From positions 62,001 through 124,000 of the forward strand of contig NC_058369.1 of NCBI RefSeq assembly GCF_018350175.1: DNA of 62,000 bases, written 5' to 3'. The first letter of the stretch is position 1, and each line of letters starts with the position of its first letter. Below, piece by piece: positions 11,097-24,328 of this stretch. The notes beneath the pieces were generated by a model. That model ran no database searches. It saw nothing but the letters and a program-made list of their open reading frames with translations, and was not told where the DNA came from. Source of the stretch: Felis catus. Its lineage: Eukaryota. The position numbers and the translations under genes were made by a program.

Positions 11097-12741
11097 TCCT
11101 GGCATTATTATTAAACTAGTCATGTTTCCCAAAACTTTGTGATGGAGGGAAATCATTTATACAGAGGCCCCGAGGCCTCACCCGTCCTCTGCTCGTGCCC
11201 TTTGTCAGGTGACTCTGAAGTTCTTCCTCTGATGGCTGACTTTGGCAAACAGAAGGTGGAAGACGTGGGTGGCTGCGCCTGTTGCTACCCTCGCCGTCTC
11301 CGCTTGCCATTGAAAACGTGCCTGGGCGAGACTGCTGGAGGATGAGGACATGCGGGACACAGCGGGGTCAGCGCGGCCAGCCGACCCCAACACGCTAAGC
11401 GCCCACTGCTGAGCGCCACCCCCGAGGTGTCACCACTGACCTCACGCTGGCTTCCTAGCAAAAGCCGAGGGATGTGATGCCTTCCTCCCTCCGGGCGGTC
11501 GGCCCATGAAGTATCCATCACATCATGGAAGGATGTTCCGGGGGGACTAATACAGCCTCCTGACGCCTCCTACGACCCCCACCTCTGAACCCTCTGAACC
11601 CTGCCTACCACCACCCCGGCCAAAGCTTCCTTACCCCACCCTCACCTAAGACTAAATTAAGACCTCCCCAAATGGGAGGGGTAAGTGATCGGGCAGTAAG
11701 TCTGCACTGGGGGTCCTGGGGAAGGTACCCCATGAGCCCTACCCACCTACCCCCCACCGAGGTGGTGCCTGCAGGATCGGAGATTGGGGTCGGCTGGGAT
11801 TTGCTGGTCTGAAGGGCCCTGGAGGAGGCGGCCTAGGGCCTCCCAGCCTGCTGCACGTTTTACAAAACAGGGTTTCCCCAGCATTCCTGGCCCTGGCCCC
11901 ACCTACCTGGTTCCAGGAGCGCCCCAGATGTGACCCCAGACAGGGCCCCGTGGTCCCTGGGGCAGGACAGCCCCCATGTCAGGACTGACACGTGGGTGAG
12001 GCCTGCTGCAGGGAGTCTGACCAGCAGGGTGAAGTTCATGCTGTCTGCTCTCATCCGAAATAGAAAAGCATCCTTCACTCATGTTTAAGAAGCTTTGACC
12101 CTGAGGAAGACGCTTGTCGTGGCTTTGACATCTCCGACCCCAGTGAGGACAGCCTGTCTGTCGTCACAGATGCAACATAGCTTCATGGCTGCGACAAAGA
12201 CCCAGCAGGTCTATGGCTTATTGAAATGGAGGGATCTTTTCTCTCTCACAAGTCGGGGTCTGTGCATTGCAGCTCAAGAAAGAGGGGGAGGGGAGGCTGT
12301 GCCCCCTGCCCTGGGTCCTGCACTTTACTTTCGGGGCTGGATAGCATCTGTCCTAATGCAGAGCTTGGCGGATTTCACAGCAGACCCCCAGACCCTCCAC
12401 CCCCTCTCCCTCCTCCACGGGAATAGCCACTGTCCTGCCTTCTGTCCTCATACATGACTTTTCTTTATCAATGGGATCCTTCGGTATTCGTGTTCATTTG
12501 CGTCTGGCCTGTGAGGCTCAGAATGGTGCCCGTGAGACGCCCTGTGTTCACACATCTGGGCAGGGTCCCACCGAGTGAACACACCTGGGTCGTTTGCCCG
12601 ATCCACAGATGGTAGGACCTGGGGCGGGGGAGGGGGGGGGGTCCAGGCCCAGAAAAGACGCTGCCACTCTTGTTCATATCCCATTGGCTGGAACTTAGTC
12701 ACATGGCTACACTTGGTTGCAAGGGAGTCTGGGAAAGGTAG

Positions 12742-12772
<31 letters not shown>

Positions 12773-12778
12773 CACGCA

Positions 12779-12811
<33 letters not shown>
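12742..12811 (+). repeat. Compound (CT)n(CA)n microsatellite
   Basis: Directly visible. Confidence 0.95.
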
Positions 12812-12813
<2 letters not shown>

Positions 12814-13149
12814 CTAGAGATTCTATTTCAAGGGCATTTAAGGGGTGGCTGCGGTTCTCCTCTGTGGATGCCTTCAGCAGCCAACAACAGAAGATCCTGC
12901 CTCAAATGGGCTTAAGCAGTGAGGCAACATATTATCTCCCCCCCAAAACGGCTCCCGACGCTTCCCAGCAAGCCTCCCTACTCAGAATCTCCTGGACTTC
13001 TCTCCGCTTTGCTGCTCTGTGATCCTCTGGGTTCTGCTACTTTTTGCGTTGTTTTCTTCCTCACTGGGCACTAGTATGGCTGCAGCTGGTCCGGACATCT
13101 CATCATGAGGCTGCCATAGCCAAAGGCACATGGTCAGCAAGGAAACCTG

Positions 13150-13480
13150 CGGTCAGCTGAACAACAGCCCCGAAGATGCGCTCCAAATCCCCAGCACCTG
13201 TGAACACATTATGCTGTGGACAAGGGGGATCACGGTTGCAGATGGAATTAGGGCTGTGATCGGCTGACCTTGAGGTGGGGAGATCATCCCGGATTATCTT
13301 CGTGGGCTCAATGTAATCGTAAGGGTCTTGATAAGTGAAAGCAGGAGGTGAAAGAGAGAGAGCTCCAGAGCTGGCAGCATGAGGAATCAGCCCACATTGC
13401 TGAAGGGGTATAAGCAGCGGCTTCCAGAAGCTGCCCCCCTCCAAGACCTCTCCCCCATCTCATTGGCCAGCAGGGGGTTA
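13150..13480 (+). mobile_element. MLT1D-like MaLR LTR fragment
   Basis: ccccagcacctgtgaa...ttgcagatggaattagg...gaccttgaggtggggagatcatcccggattatc. Confidence 0.7.
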
Positions 13481-13750
13481 CACGCCCATGCATAAACCAA
13501 TCCCCAGCAAGGAAGTGGACCGCCAGTGAAGATTTGTGCCAGCACCACGTAGAACGGGCTTCCCTGAGTCACACCATGGGGAGGGCACCCAAACATTAGG
13601 CTCTGTCCGCAAGGAAGGAGACTGACAGGTGACTGGCGACCAGCTGTGGGACCAGGAGCGTGAAAGGCTGGAACGAGAGGAGGCAGCACGGTGTGCAGGC
13701 AGCTGCAACGCAGACTTGCAAGGCAGGGGCAGCTCTGAGGCAGGTGCCCT

Positions 13751-13810
13751 ACACGGGGTGGTCACCACAGAAGACACAACACACGGGGTGGTCACCACAG
13801 AAGACACGAC
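13751..13810 (+). repeat. 30-bp tandem duplication
   Basis: acacggggtggtcaccacagaagacac(a/g)ac x2, one mismatch. Confidence 0.95.
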
Positions 13811-14147
13811 ACGCGCTGCCTTGCCCAGCAATGTCTTGGCTAATATCTAAACCCTGTGCCTCAGGAATTTGGGCTCTGCTTGTCCCGGCTTGAATTGTGT
13901 CTCCCCAGAAAGACACGTTCAAGTCCCAAAACCCCCTCCACACCAGCGATCTGAGAAGACCAGGAGGAACTTCACTCTGTGTGGTCCCCAAGGCTCCATT
14001 AACCCTGACCCAGGGCAAGGGCCATCTCCAAGAGTAGTAGGGGATGCTCTCCTGCCCCCTCTGGGCCCTCCTCCCCCAGGCTGCCCCCCAGGAGGCACAG
14101 CCCAGGCTCCTCTGAGCTGTTGCCTGCTGACCCGGCTGCCAATATCT

Positions 14148-14161
14148 GTTGCCATGGCAAC
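14148..14161. promoter_or_regulatory. Perfect palindromic RFX X-box with adjacent CCAAT
   Basis: GTTGCCATGGCAAC; CCAAT at 14139-14143. Confidence 0.55.
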
Positions 14162-14184
14162 CTGCTCATTACCAAGTCCCCCCA

Positions 14185-14560
14185 GTGGGACATCATTGGA
14201 GCAGCTGGTGACATTTGAATACGGACAGTGTGTTAGATATGAGTACTGTATTGATGTGAAAGTTCCTGATTGTGATAACCGTGGTGGGTTATAAAAGAGA
14301 ATCCTGGTTTTTAGAAAATATACGGTGATGTGTTATGGGTGAAGGGGCATTACACTTCCAGGCCTAAATGGTTCAGAAAAGTGCATTTAAATATAAGTAT
14401 ATGCATACAGATAATAGATAGATATAGACACAGAACACAACAAAGCAGACAGGACTAAATGCAACCAATTGGTGAGTCTGTGCAGAGTCTATGAGAGTTT
14501 CTGGTATTAACCTTGAAAGTTTCTGCAAATTTGAAATTAGAGCAAAATTAAAAGTTGAGA
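14185..14560 (+). mobile_element. Ancient L1MC/ME-like 3' fragment
   Basis: gacatttgaatacggac...tgtgaaagttcctgattgtgataac...ttctgcaaatttgaaatt. Confidence 0.6.
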
Positions 14561-14660
14561 AAAACAATACCCAAAGTGCAGAGCGCTGGACCCCATCAAG
14601 AGACTTGGCTGTACAGGCCCAGAGTCTGAATTAACCAGCAGCTGAGGACAAGAAAGCTGT

Positions 14661-15170
14661 TGTGGGTTGGACTGTGTGGCCCCCAAACATGTTCACGTCC
14701 CAACTCCCAGAACCTGTGAATGAGACCTTATTCGAAAACGGAGTTGGGAAATGAACTTGAAACAAGACAAGGTCGGGGTGCCTGGGTGGCGCAGTCGGTT
14801 AAGCGGCCGACTTCAGCCAGGTCACGATCTCGCGGTCCGGGAGTTCGAGCCCCGCGTCAGGCTCTGGGCTGATGGCTCAGAGCCTGGAGCCTGTTTCCGA
14901 TTCTGTGTCTCCCTCTCTCTCTGCCCCTGCCCCGTCGTTCATGCTCTGTCTCTCTCTCTGTCCCAAAAATAAATAAACGTTGAAAAAAAAATTAAAAAAA
15001 AAAAAAAAGAAACAAGACAAGGTCATACTGAAGTAGAGTGGCCCTAAGTCCAGTGACTGGTGTCCTTATAAGAAGAGGGAATAAGGACAGACAGAGGAGG
15101 AGGCCAAGGAGGATAGAGGCGGAGACGGGAGGAACGTGTATGCAAGCCAAGGACCCCGAAGGCTGCAGGT
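14661..15170 (+). mobile_element. MLT1-like LTR interrupted by a young SINE
   Basis: cccagaacctgtgaatgagaccttatt...ccagtgactggtgtccttataagaagagg...caagccaagga. Confidence 0.75.
14775..15008 (+). mobile_element. Young SINEC_Fc with perfect 16-bp TSD, inserted in an MLT1 LTR
   Basis: TSD gaaacaagacaaggtc at 14759-14774 and 15009-15024; long A tail. Confidence 0.95.
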
Positions 15171-16559
15171 ACGAGTGTGCAAGGGCGGGCATGCGATGGG
15201 ACACGCGGACCAGGCAGGCACCCACACACCTGCTGTGTGTGCCCCCGAAATCCTGGGTCTATTTTCCTATCAGCCTGCCCTTATTATTGTGCGATTAAGT
15301 AACTGGAGGCGGCCGACCACGCAGTAAAAAGGTCCTTCCCAGTCAGCTGGAGAGAGTCTGTGTGTGCGTGTGAATGGGGGTCTGCTGCTGCCTCTGAAGG
15401 TGGGAGGAGGCCTGGCCCCGCACCCCCTCCGGCTGACTCCTCAGAAAAACACAGCATCTTAGAGTCTTGATGGCCATTCCGTGGCTCATTCGCTCCGCAA
15501 ACATTTGTGGGGCACCTACTGTGAGCCAAGCACTGGTCTAGGCCTCGAAATTCAGCAAGGAGGCAGTCCTGGCCGACCCAGAGTGCTAAAAGAAAATGAA
15601 GAGTAGGGGGAAAGGGAGTGGGAGGGGCATTTTGGATGGACGGACGGCCAGGGAGGGCCTTTCCTCTGTGAGAGTCCTGTGGAGATCTGGAGAAAGAGCA
15701 CACCAGGCAGGCAGAGGGCACAGCACGTGCAAAAGTCCTGGGACTGGACCATACCTGCCTTGTTGGGGGTGCAACCGGGAGGCAGGCCCGTGTTGGCTGG
15801 AACATAATGGGGGGGGGGGCAGGTAGTGCAGGGGCAGGGGAGGGAGCAGGTCGTGGGAGGGGGGAGGCAGGGCCACCGGACGCCCAGGGAAAGGTGGTTT
15901 CTCATTGACTCTGACACTTGAGCTTGTGGGGCTGGTTGCTAATTGCGAACCTGAAGACTCACAGCTGCAAACAGAAGAAATCTATCCCCAAGGCTACACT
16001 TCATTGCCCTGGAAGGCGTTAACTAGTTTTGCTTTACCTTGAACTCGGAATTGGTAAAATTTGAGTCTCCTTTGAAGCAGCTTTGCACTCAGATAAATCT
16101 ATGACGTACGTACGTTAGGTGGTCACTGCATATTTGGATGAGGTTTATGTTGTGAACGTTTTGCAAGTTTGACTTTGCCGCTGCCCCACCCCCAGAGGTA
16201 AAAGCTAGTTTGGCACTTTATTTTACACATGGGGAAACTGAGGGCAGGGCAGAGGGTTTTGCCCAGGGTCCTCTGGGCAGTTCAGGGAGCCAGGCTGCCA
16301 TCCACGATGTGAGTGGCCTCCCTGACTTCAAGGAACAAAGAAGGGGCTCTGTGGCTTGGTTGGGGGAGCTAAAGTAAGGATGGGGATCAAAGGGGTAGCC
16401 TTATCCAGGGGCTCAGGGATTGAGTCCTCCCTCCGGGGAGGTAAAGGTAAGCGCCAGTCAGGGGCCGGCAGGGAGTGGGGAGGGGTGGGGGAGGGGAAAT
16501 GAGTGGTCACCATGGCAACATGAGCTCCCAGGGAGGGCGAGGGGCTGGCGTGGCGGCGC

Positions 16560-17080
16560 GGGAGGAAGACCAGCTGGAAAGACTAGATGACACCGACTGC
16601 AAATCCAGGCAACCCCAGAACCCCCTCACGCTTGGTGACTCTCTGGAAGGGAATCACAGAACTCACTGAACACGCGGGCAAAGCCTACGCGGGCGAACAG
16701 GGCCAAGAGAGAAGCGTGGGGGGGCGGGGCGCGGTTCAGCAGGAACAGCCAGGCTGGCCTCCTGCCACATCCCGCCAGACCCGGCAGGTGGCCCCCTGTG
16801 GCTGAACTCCACCTCCAGGTCCGCGGATTTGGGGACCCAAGGCCCCACTTTAAACCACAGGCATGGGCTGTGTCCCGGAGCCCTCCGGGCAAGCTCAAAT
16901 TCCCCGCCAGGCAGCGGCCCTCGCAGCGCCCGCCTTGGGTGCACACCTGTGCCAGATCAGACCTTCCCCCAGCCGCCAACAGCATGGGGTAGGACGCAGA
17001 GTGCGAGGAGGAGGCCGAACCACACAGAAGGGACTGACTTGTCCTGATTCAAACTCAGGCCAGAAGCCCAGGCAGGGCCT
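16560..17080. mobile_element. MER21-like LTR remnant
   Basis: gacaccgactgcaaa...cagaaccccctcacg...ggaagggaatcacagaactcactgaa resembles MER21 as recalled. Confidence 0.45.
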
Positions 17081-18944
17081 GGAAGGCAGGGGGTGGCGTC
17101 TCCCTGAGAAGGAGGCTGTGAAGGTGTGGGAAGGCAGCCTGGCTGAGGCTGAAGGCTTGGGGTCTGCACCCAGCGCTGGCGGAATCGCCTTCCTGACACC
17201 TGCCAGCTGGGCCTACCGCCCTGTGCCTCAGTTTCCCCCTGTGTGAGTCGGGTCAGCAGAGTCTAAGGGTTCAGCAGTCCATCCCCGTCACCCACTGCGG
17301 GCTTAACGACGGGCCCTGCGCGGTCTGCATGTCCACGCAACCCTGGAGGGCGGAACATCTACAACATACAGGTGGGGCGCGGCCCCAGCAGGCCCTCCGC
17401 GGAGGCTGGCTTGACAGGGGTCGGCAAACGCAGTCCGCTCCCTCCCCGAGGTTCCTGTTTATTGAAGTCGTTTTTTCTCCGTGGTAGCCGCTCCGTCGCT
17501 GCCGCGGAGAAGCGGGGGGGCGGGGTGGAACAGCTTAATTGAATCCCACACCGCAGAGGGGGTGCCGGCAGCTGGAGGGAAGAGCAGGGGCGGGGGAGCG
17601 AGGTCCGGCCCCGGCGGCCAAGGGGGAGCCCGACCACAGTGGGTCTGGCGGTAGCCTACAATTATCACCCTAATGTGATTATATTAATTATCATCGCAAA
17701 ACTGTGCCTGCTTCTGCAGAACGCGCCTGTGCGTCGAGCTCTGCCCACAAAGGCGCCTGGGCCTCATCGCAGCCCAAGCGTCGGAGACCCAGACATGCCC
17801 CGGGACTCGCTGGAGGCCGCGCCATGGAAAAATCCGGGGCTTGAATTCCAGCGTGGAGCGCTGCCCTAAGCTCCTCCCTGATTAGGGTTCGGATCTCCAG
17901 GCCCAGAAAAGTACAGCACACGCAGAGAACAGGTTCACAGACAGTGGGGGCTTGGGCATAGGGTGGGTCTCCAAGGCCAGGATATGGGGCCATGGGGAGC
18001 CATGGAAGGTTTGGGAGCAGGGGTAGCAGGTGAAGGCAGAGGGCAGACTGGGGTGGGATGCAGACCCATGGTGGGCCCCATCCCCAGGCCCCTTCCCTCC
18101 ACCTTTGGAAGGTCCCTGCTGCCCCAGTGCCCTTCCCTCTCTCAGATTCTGCCCCTTCTGCAAAGCCCTCCTTGGTTAGTGCCACCTTCCCCAACGCAGT
18201 GGGATGTGCAGCTCCCAGGCCTTCCGGGGCTGCCTGCCTACATCAGGGCTGTTTCTACTTCACCAGACTGAAGACTTGGCCTATCAGTGTTCTTTGACTA
18301 CAAATGGAAAAACAACAAACAAACAAACAAACAAATATTATCAAGCTGGCTTACACAGAGAAGGAACTTTACTGCAATGAACTTTACTGTCTCTGAACTG
18401 CAATGGTGTGCAGTCGTGGACTTCAGGCACAGTCAGATCCAGGTGCCCACAAGGTCACCAGGCATCTGACTCCTCATCTCTGGCCTCTGTTGTCAATAGT
18501 ACCGGCTCGGGTCAGACAAAGGGGCACCATTTTGTGATTTGCCCACTGCTAGTGGTGGCCCTGGATGTCCATGGCTCTCCTGGGTGTAGGGGCACTCAGT
18601 GTAGCAGCCAGGCTGGAGGGACAAAAGACTTACGCCTCCCCCCCACCCTGCGGGTTGCACCCGGGGCTGAGCGCTGGGCGCAAACAACAGGCCATTCCTA
18701 TCAGCTTGCTATCACAGGCGGTGCGTGACACAACCAGGGTTATGAAGGGGGAATCTGACGTCACCGGGGGGCCGGTCACCCTGAGAAGGAGAAGGCAGCT
18801 TGATACCTAAACGCAGAGTGAGAGCACATGGTGAGGGTGTTCCCAGCGAGGAGCCAGCACAGGGACAGGAGGCAGGGGCCTTGTTGAGCTGCCGGTCCCA
18901 TCTGGGCACGTCCTCTTGAGTGTCGTGAGGCATGGGGCAGCCAC

Positions 18945-19174
18945 AGCACACGCACACTACATGGTGACACGTGCACACGGTGCGTGCACAGAGAAGCACA
19001 CACACAGCCTGTGCAGGTGCGAGGGCAGCAGGTGCACACTTTCGAACACACGCGCGCTCCTGCACTTACCCCTGCACTGTGTCCTGTGCACACAGCAGGC
19101 ACGTGGCCACACTAACACGCCCGCAGAGTGAACATGTGCACAGACGCCCATGCACACACGCACAGCACACACCT

Positions 19175-19205
<31 letters not shown>

Positions 19206-19210
19206 GCACA
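18945..19210 (+). repeat. Degenerate (CA)/(TGCACA)-rich tract ending in pure (CA)n
   Basis: Directly visible. Confidence 0.8.
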
Positions 19211-21398
19211 CAGGCTGCCGGCAGTGAGTGGCTAGTGGGGAAGAGGCAAGAAGGCGCCCGGTTGCCCTGGCAACACATCCTGGGACCAACCGTGCCGGAC
19301 CAGGCCTCGTTAGTGCGGCTCATCTGGCGCGCTGTCAGCAGGTGGAAGGCTGCTCAGGACCCCAGCTCCACACAAAGGCTCCGGGTGGTTTCGTGGTGGG
19401 CCTGACAGTCCAGGCCCCGTGAGGGTGAGAGGAGAGAAAGGAGCCAGGCCTGGGTTCAGACCAGGAGACAGGGCCCTGAACTGGGGCACAGGGCACTCAC
19501 AGTCCGCTCAAGAATCCCAGAGGAAACCGGCTCTGGTGTTGGGGCGGGGGGGAGGGGTCCTAGTGGACCCCAGCTCTGAGCCAGCGGTCCGGGGGGTGGG
19601 GGGGGATCCAATCCAGCCCTTGGCCACGCACATGGGTTCAAGGCCAGCTCCTTCCCGGGCTCCCTGCGCTCTCGTTTCTCTGCTGTGAAGTGGGTGCCAG
19701 AGGAAGAGACCAGCAGACAACTGCAGGCACCCAGGGCGCAGGAGCTGCACACAGTAGGGCCACACACCCGGATCCTCGCCTCTGGTCTGCGACATGCAGC
19801 TTCCCGGCTGGGATGTGGTGGCCTTGTTCCCAGCATACCCCGGGAGCTCAGCTCACGCCCCCTTCAGGCAGAAAGACTGAACACTCAGATGTGTTTGCTG
19901 TCCCCACAGCCCACCGGGTCTGGTGGGGCCGCTCAGTCCCACCAGTTCTACAAGGACACTGGCTGTGCCAGGTGGGGGTGGGCAGGCCCCACACAGGCTT
20001 TGTGGAGGAAGGGGTGGCAGGGAAGCACCCCCAGGGCTCAGCCGTGCCCCCTCGACTGCAGGCAGTGACTCTGTCCCAGAACTGGTGTTGAGGAGGAAGC
20101 ACACCCTTGTCGAGCAGGTCACTGGAAATGCAGCTGACCTGCTTCCATTCTCTGGACCGGTCCCCCCGCCCCCACATCAGACGGAGCGAGTCTAGAGTAA
20201 ACGGAGCCCACGTCAGCCGAGCTCCCACACTCCCCGAGACTGACCTGCTCTCCTCCTCGTGATGCCCCACCTCCGACCCCCGGCATTCTGTGACAGGAGC
20301 TCCCACACGTCCCCCAGGTCATGGATGCCACCTCCCATCACGCCTTGACGGGACAAGGGTTCTCCACATCTCATGCCAACTCAGCTCCTTGGTGAGAGCC
20401 AAGCTGGGGTGAAGGGCGGGTGCCCCTTCACTGCCGGCTTCCCTGTTCCCCAGCTACCCTGCAGGAGCACACACATGGGGGGTCAAGCTGTGGCTTTCCA
20501 ATTATTCATCAGTCGCCGGTCAGGCACCTCTTGGGAGCCCAGCATGGTTTTGGACCTGAAGACACCACTCACCGAGATGAACCTGTCCCGACCCTGGAGT
20601 CGGAGACAGACAGGACCCCATGCAGCATGTGAGCCGAGGTCGGATGTAGGACATACTGAGAAAAGCCCCCCTTCCCAGCCAAGAGGACCCGGAAGGCTTC
20701 CTGGAGGAGGCACCATCTCAGCTGAAGCCTGAAAGTGGAGAAGTTGGGGGCTGGGAGGCATTCGAGGCTGAGGGCACAGCATCGATGTGAATGGTCTACA
20801 GCCCGGGCTGTTCCTGCCGCCCTGGCCCGGGGCATCTCCAAGTGGCATGACAAGGGTGGGGGTGGCCTCCTGGCTGAAATGCTGGCTTTTTATTCCTGTC
20901 TGACCTCCAGGCCTAGGGCTTGAGAGTGAGGGCTGCGTCAGCGGGGGCATTCCTGCCTTGGCAGCTCATGGCATCCGAGGGGGGGTCCTTATCGGTGATG
21001 ACACCTCAGTCCAGTTTGCTCCATAGCCTGGCAGTGGCAGGCCCGAGCATCCTTCTGGTGGCCACAGTGGGTTCCCGTCCTGGCTCTCATTAGCTGGGCT
21101 GCCACAGGCAGCTTACTGAAGGTCCCCAGCCTGGCCTGTGAGGTGGGATGTCATGTGTGCAGATGGGGGACGAAAACAGGACCCTGCTCACTGACCTGCT
21201 GTGACTGCGAGAGGGCCTGGGGGTCCCCAGGGCCATTGCTCTGCGGCAGTCTGGCATTCCCGCCTCCCCCACAAGCAGGAGACAGTCCCAGAGGATCCAT
21301 AGGGCTGAGAAAACTCCACCGACCCTCCCTGGAACTCAAGGCAAAATTCCTCTCGTTACTAAACAAGCAGATCTCCACCCCCGCACTCCCGAAACACC

Positions 21399-21404
21399 TT
21401 TATT
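21399..21404 (-). terminator. C2CD4C polyadenylation signal AATAAA
   Basis: tttatt on the + strand ~1.66 kb after the stop. On the minus strand it is preceded by U-rich and followed by GU-rich sequence. Confidence 0.7.
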
Positions 21405-23065
21405 GCACTAAAAACAGCATTTATAAACAAACACACTTGGGGGAGGGTGTCTTGAAGATTTACCCACAGTCGACACGGAACACAAAGATATCGAATAGTG
21501 CAGGGGTGTATAAAACACCCCCCCCCAGACGGAAAGCAGGGATGAGAGGTCGGGGTCAGAGGGAAGGGAGATAGTGGAAGCCCCAAGCATCTGACTCAAT
21601 GCAGGGTCCTCTGTCTGCCTGTTCCAGCCCACAAGCCTGGTGCTGGGCGGTCCCCAGGTTCCAGAGTAAAGGGGAGCCCCTCTGACACTAGCAGCAGGGA
21701 GCATGAAGGAGCAGGCCTAGGACAGAGGTAGGGGCAAGGGGGGCACAGCAAGGGACCTCAGCTCCAAGGGCCCCAAACTCTCCCCAAAGTGCAAAGGGGA
21801 CCAAGTGCTTTCCCAGGCTATGGGGGAAGGTCCTCCGCCCCTTCCCCAGTGGCATTTGGGAACCTACTTAGGAGAGACAGTGTTTGGATGGGGAGGGGTG
21901 CCCCCATCCTGGTCTGCCCTGGTCCAAGGGTGCCCACCAGGTGGGCTAGGAGAGGCCCCTGCTTCAAACCATACTGTTTCTGTCCTGTTAGGCCAGAAAC
22001 TGTCTGCAAACATCATTCAAGGAGCCACGTACTGACACAACACTTAAATCCATGCAGCGGCCTAGCGGCATGAAGGGGCACAAGCAGGGTACTCCTGGCC
22101 TGCCAGCTTCATCCCTCCGTCCCACCCACACTAACCACAATCATTTACCACGTGGAGTAAAATCCAGCCATCAGTCCCTGGTGTCCAGCTGCCAAGGGTG
22201 CTGCGCAGGAGGCTGGCAGGGTGGCAGCTCCCAGCCCCAGAGGGGCAGGAAGGAGGGGGTCGGGGGCCGGGAGGCTGCTCTCTGGGTCTGTTCTGAGCAG
22301 CCCCTCCTGGGGAAGCAGGCTCCGGATGTCCCAGCAGGGTCTCAGGTGAGGTGAGTCGGGCCAGGGAAGGTGCCGGAGGAAGACAGCACACAGGAGAGCT
22401 GTCTGCTTTCCACCAGCCCTCCTGGGGCTTCCTCTGCGTCCGGGCCCCCTTCTCTGCCTGTCTTTTGCCAGGTCGTGGCTCTCAGACCACACGTGGCACC
22501 CTGCTCCCCGGCGGGCTCTGGCTCTGGGGCCCTGTGGGTGCTGTTGGCAGATCCCAGGCCTGCTACTGCTCTCTGGCGGGGGAGGGGGTGTCTCATGGGC
22601 CGGGCCAGGAGAACTCCCATACGACCAAGGGAAAGATGGGCCTCAGCCTCAGGACTGGTCACCTCTAGGCCTGTGATCCACACCAGCTGCCTCCAGGAAC
22701 AGGTTCCGGCCCCCCACACCCCACCCTGAGAACCCCTTTCCAGAACTCTTGAAGGGGTAAGGCCGTGCAGAACTTGGGGCACGGGGGGGTCGGGAGGGGG
22801 GACGCTCAGCCCTGCCAAGTGTCCCTTTCTCTTTGCTGGCAGCCCCCTCTCTTCCTCTTCCAAAAAAAAAATGAATCCGTGAAAAATAGTATCCTGGCCA
22901 CCCCCGGCATCGACTGCAGCCCCAGTCTGAGCTTGAACACGCCACACCCCAGCCCCCGCCCCCCACCGGCCTGGCCACGCGGCCTCCCGCCCATGGGGAC
23001 GCGGGTGGGGTCTTCCCCCCCCCCACCCCGCACCCTACCCTCCGCAGGGAGGCAGGGAGGGGCCT

Positions 23066-24328
23066 TTACAGGAAAGGCAGCAGGGAGGCCAGGGGCAGCT
23101 CCTTCTCCCCGAGCAGCGTGTCCCGCTTGAGGCTGCCACCCTTGTTGACCACCTTGATCCGGAGGGCCAGCTTCCGGACGCTGGCCGGCCCCAGGCCGTC
23201 GAAAAAGAAGTCCTCGTTGAAGACGGGGTGGCGGCTGTTCTTGATGATGGTGCTGCGCTGCTTCTGCAGCTTGCCGGGGACCAGGCACAGGCCCACACAG
23301 CAGTTGATGCTCCGGGCGTCACACAGGCGGTCATAGAGGCCCTCGGCAGCCAGCAGGCGCACCCGCAGGCGGGCCTGGGCCGCCTCATACTCTGCCAGCA
23401 GCCTGACGCTGCCCCGAGGGCCCATCCGGACGGCGTGCTCCGCCCGGGGCGCCTGGCCAGTCTCAGGGCCCGGCTCCGGGGTGGCCCTGCGGGTCAAACG
23501 GCGCCGAGCCCCCGGGCTGGCGTCTGGTGCACTGTCCTCAGCAGACAGAGAGCCGTGGCGGCCGGCCGAGTGCTTGAGCTGGCTCACTTTGGCCTGGCTG
23601 TCCTGCGCAAAGCCTTTCAGCAGTGACACAGAGCGAGAGAGCAGAGGGGACCCGAATGGGGAGGACTCGGCCGAGGACCCAGTATCACTCTCCCCACCGC
23701 TGAAGTAGCGACTGGGGCTCATGAGGGCCCCACCAGCCTCCCTGGGCACCCCATCTCCCCCATTGGCCTTGGGGGCCCCCCGACGGCGCCCGGCACCTGG
23801 GGACCCCACCTGAGCCAGGGCTCCATGCTCGCTGTGGAACAGGGACTCCTTGCGCCGCGTGTGGGGGCTCTCTGCCAGTGTGGCAAAGCCATAGGACGTC
23901 TGGGCTTTGGGCACAGAGGGCAGGGACATGGCGCCCTGGGCCTGGGGGTCTGCGTTGGTGGCAGCCTCCTCCGCTGGCCAGTCCTCCGCACTCTCAATCT
24001 GGATCACGTGCCGGGTGGCTGCCTTCAGCAGGCTCTTGCTCTCAGCCGGCAGCTTGGCAGACAGCCGGGGACTCCGGGGGGCTCGGCGGGGTGTCCCCGA
24101 GGCCAGGTTCTGATCGGAGGTGGCGGGGCCCAGCTCTGCCTGCGCCTCGGGATCTGTGGGGCCAGCGGGCAGCTTGGGGGGTATGAAGAAGTCAGGGATC
24201 TTGTCGGGTGTGAGCACATTGCTGTACAGGGGTCCCTTGGATCCCCTGTCCCCTGCCTCACTCCCAGGGCTGGCGTTTTCTCCGGACCCCCGGAGACGCT
24301 CCAGGAACCACACGCTGGTTTTCTTCAT
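23066..24328 (-). CDS. C2CD4C: C2 calcium-dependent domain-containing protein 4C, 420 aa, single coding exon
   Basis: MKKTSVWFLERLRGSGEN...NVLTPDKIPDFFIPP...ESPHTRRKESLFH, then a C-terminal C2 domain ending LLPFL*. Matches human C2CD4C as recalled. Exon acceptor ctctgcag| at 24361/24360. Confidence 0.96.
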   Translation of the reverse strand: MKKTSVWFLERLRGSGENASPGSEAGDRGSKGPLYSNVLTPDKIPDFFIPPKLPAGPTDPEAQAELGPATSDQNLASGTPRRAPRSPRLSAKLPAESKSLLKAATRHVIQIESAEDWPAEEAATNADPQAQGAMSLPSVPKAQTSYGFATLAESPHTRRKESLFHSEHGALAQVGSPGAGRRRGAPKANGGDGVPREAGGALMSPSRYFSGGESDTGSSAESSPFGSPLLSRSVSLLKGFAQDSQAKVSQLKHSAGRHGSLSAEDSAPDASPGARRRLTRRATPEPGPETGQAPRAEHAVRMGPRGSVRLLAEYEAAQARLRVRLLAAEGLYDRLCDARSINCCVGLCLVPGKLQKQRSTIIKNSRHPVFNEDFFFDGLGPASVRKLALRIKVVNKGGSLKRDTLLGEKELPLASLLPFL

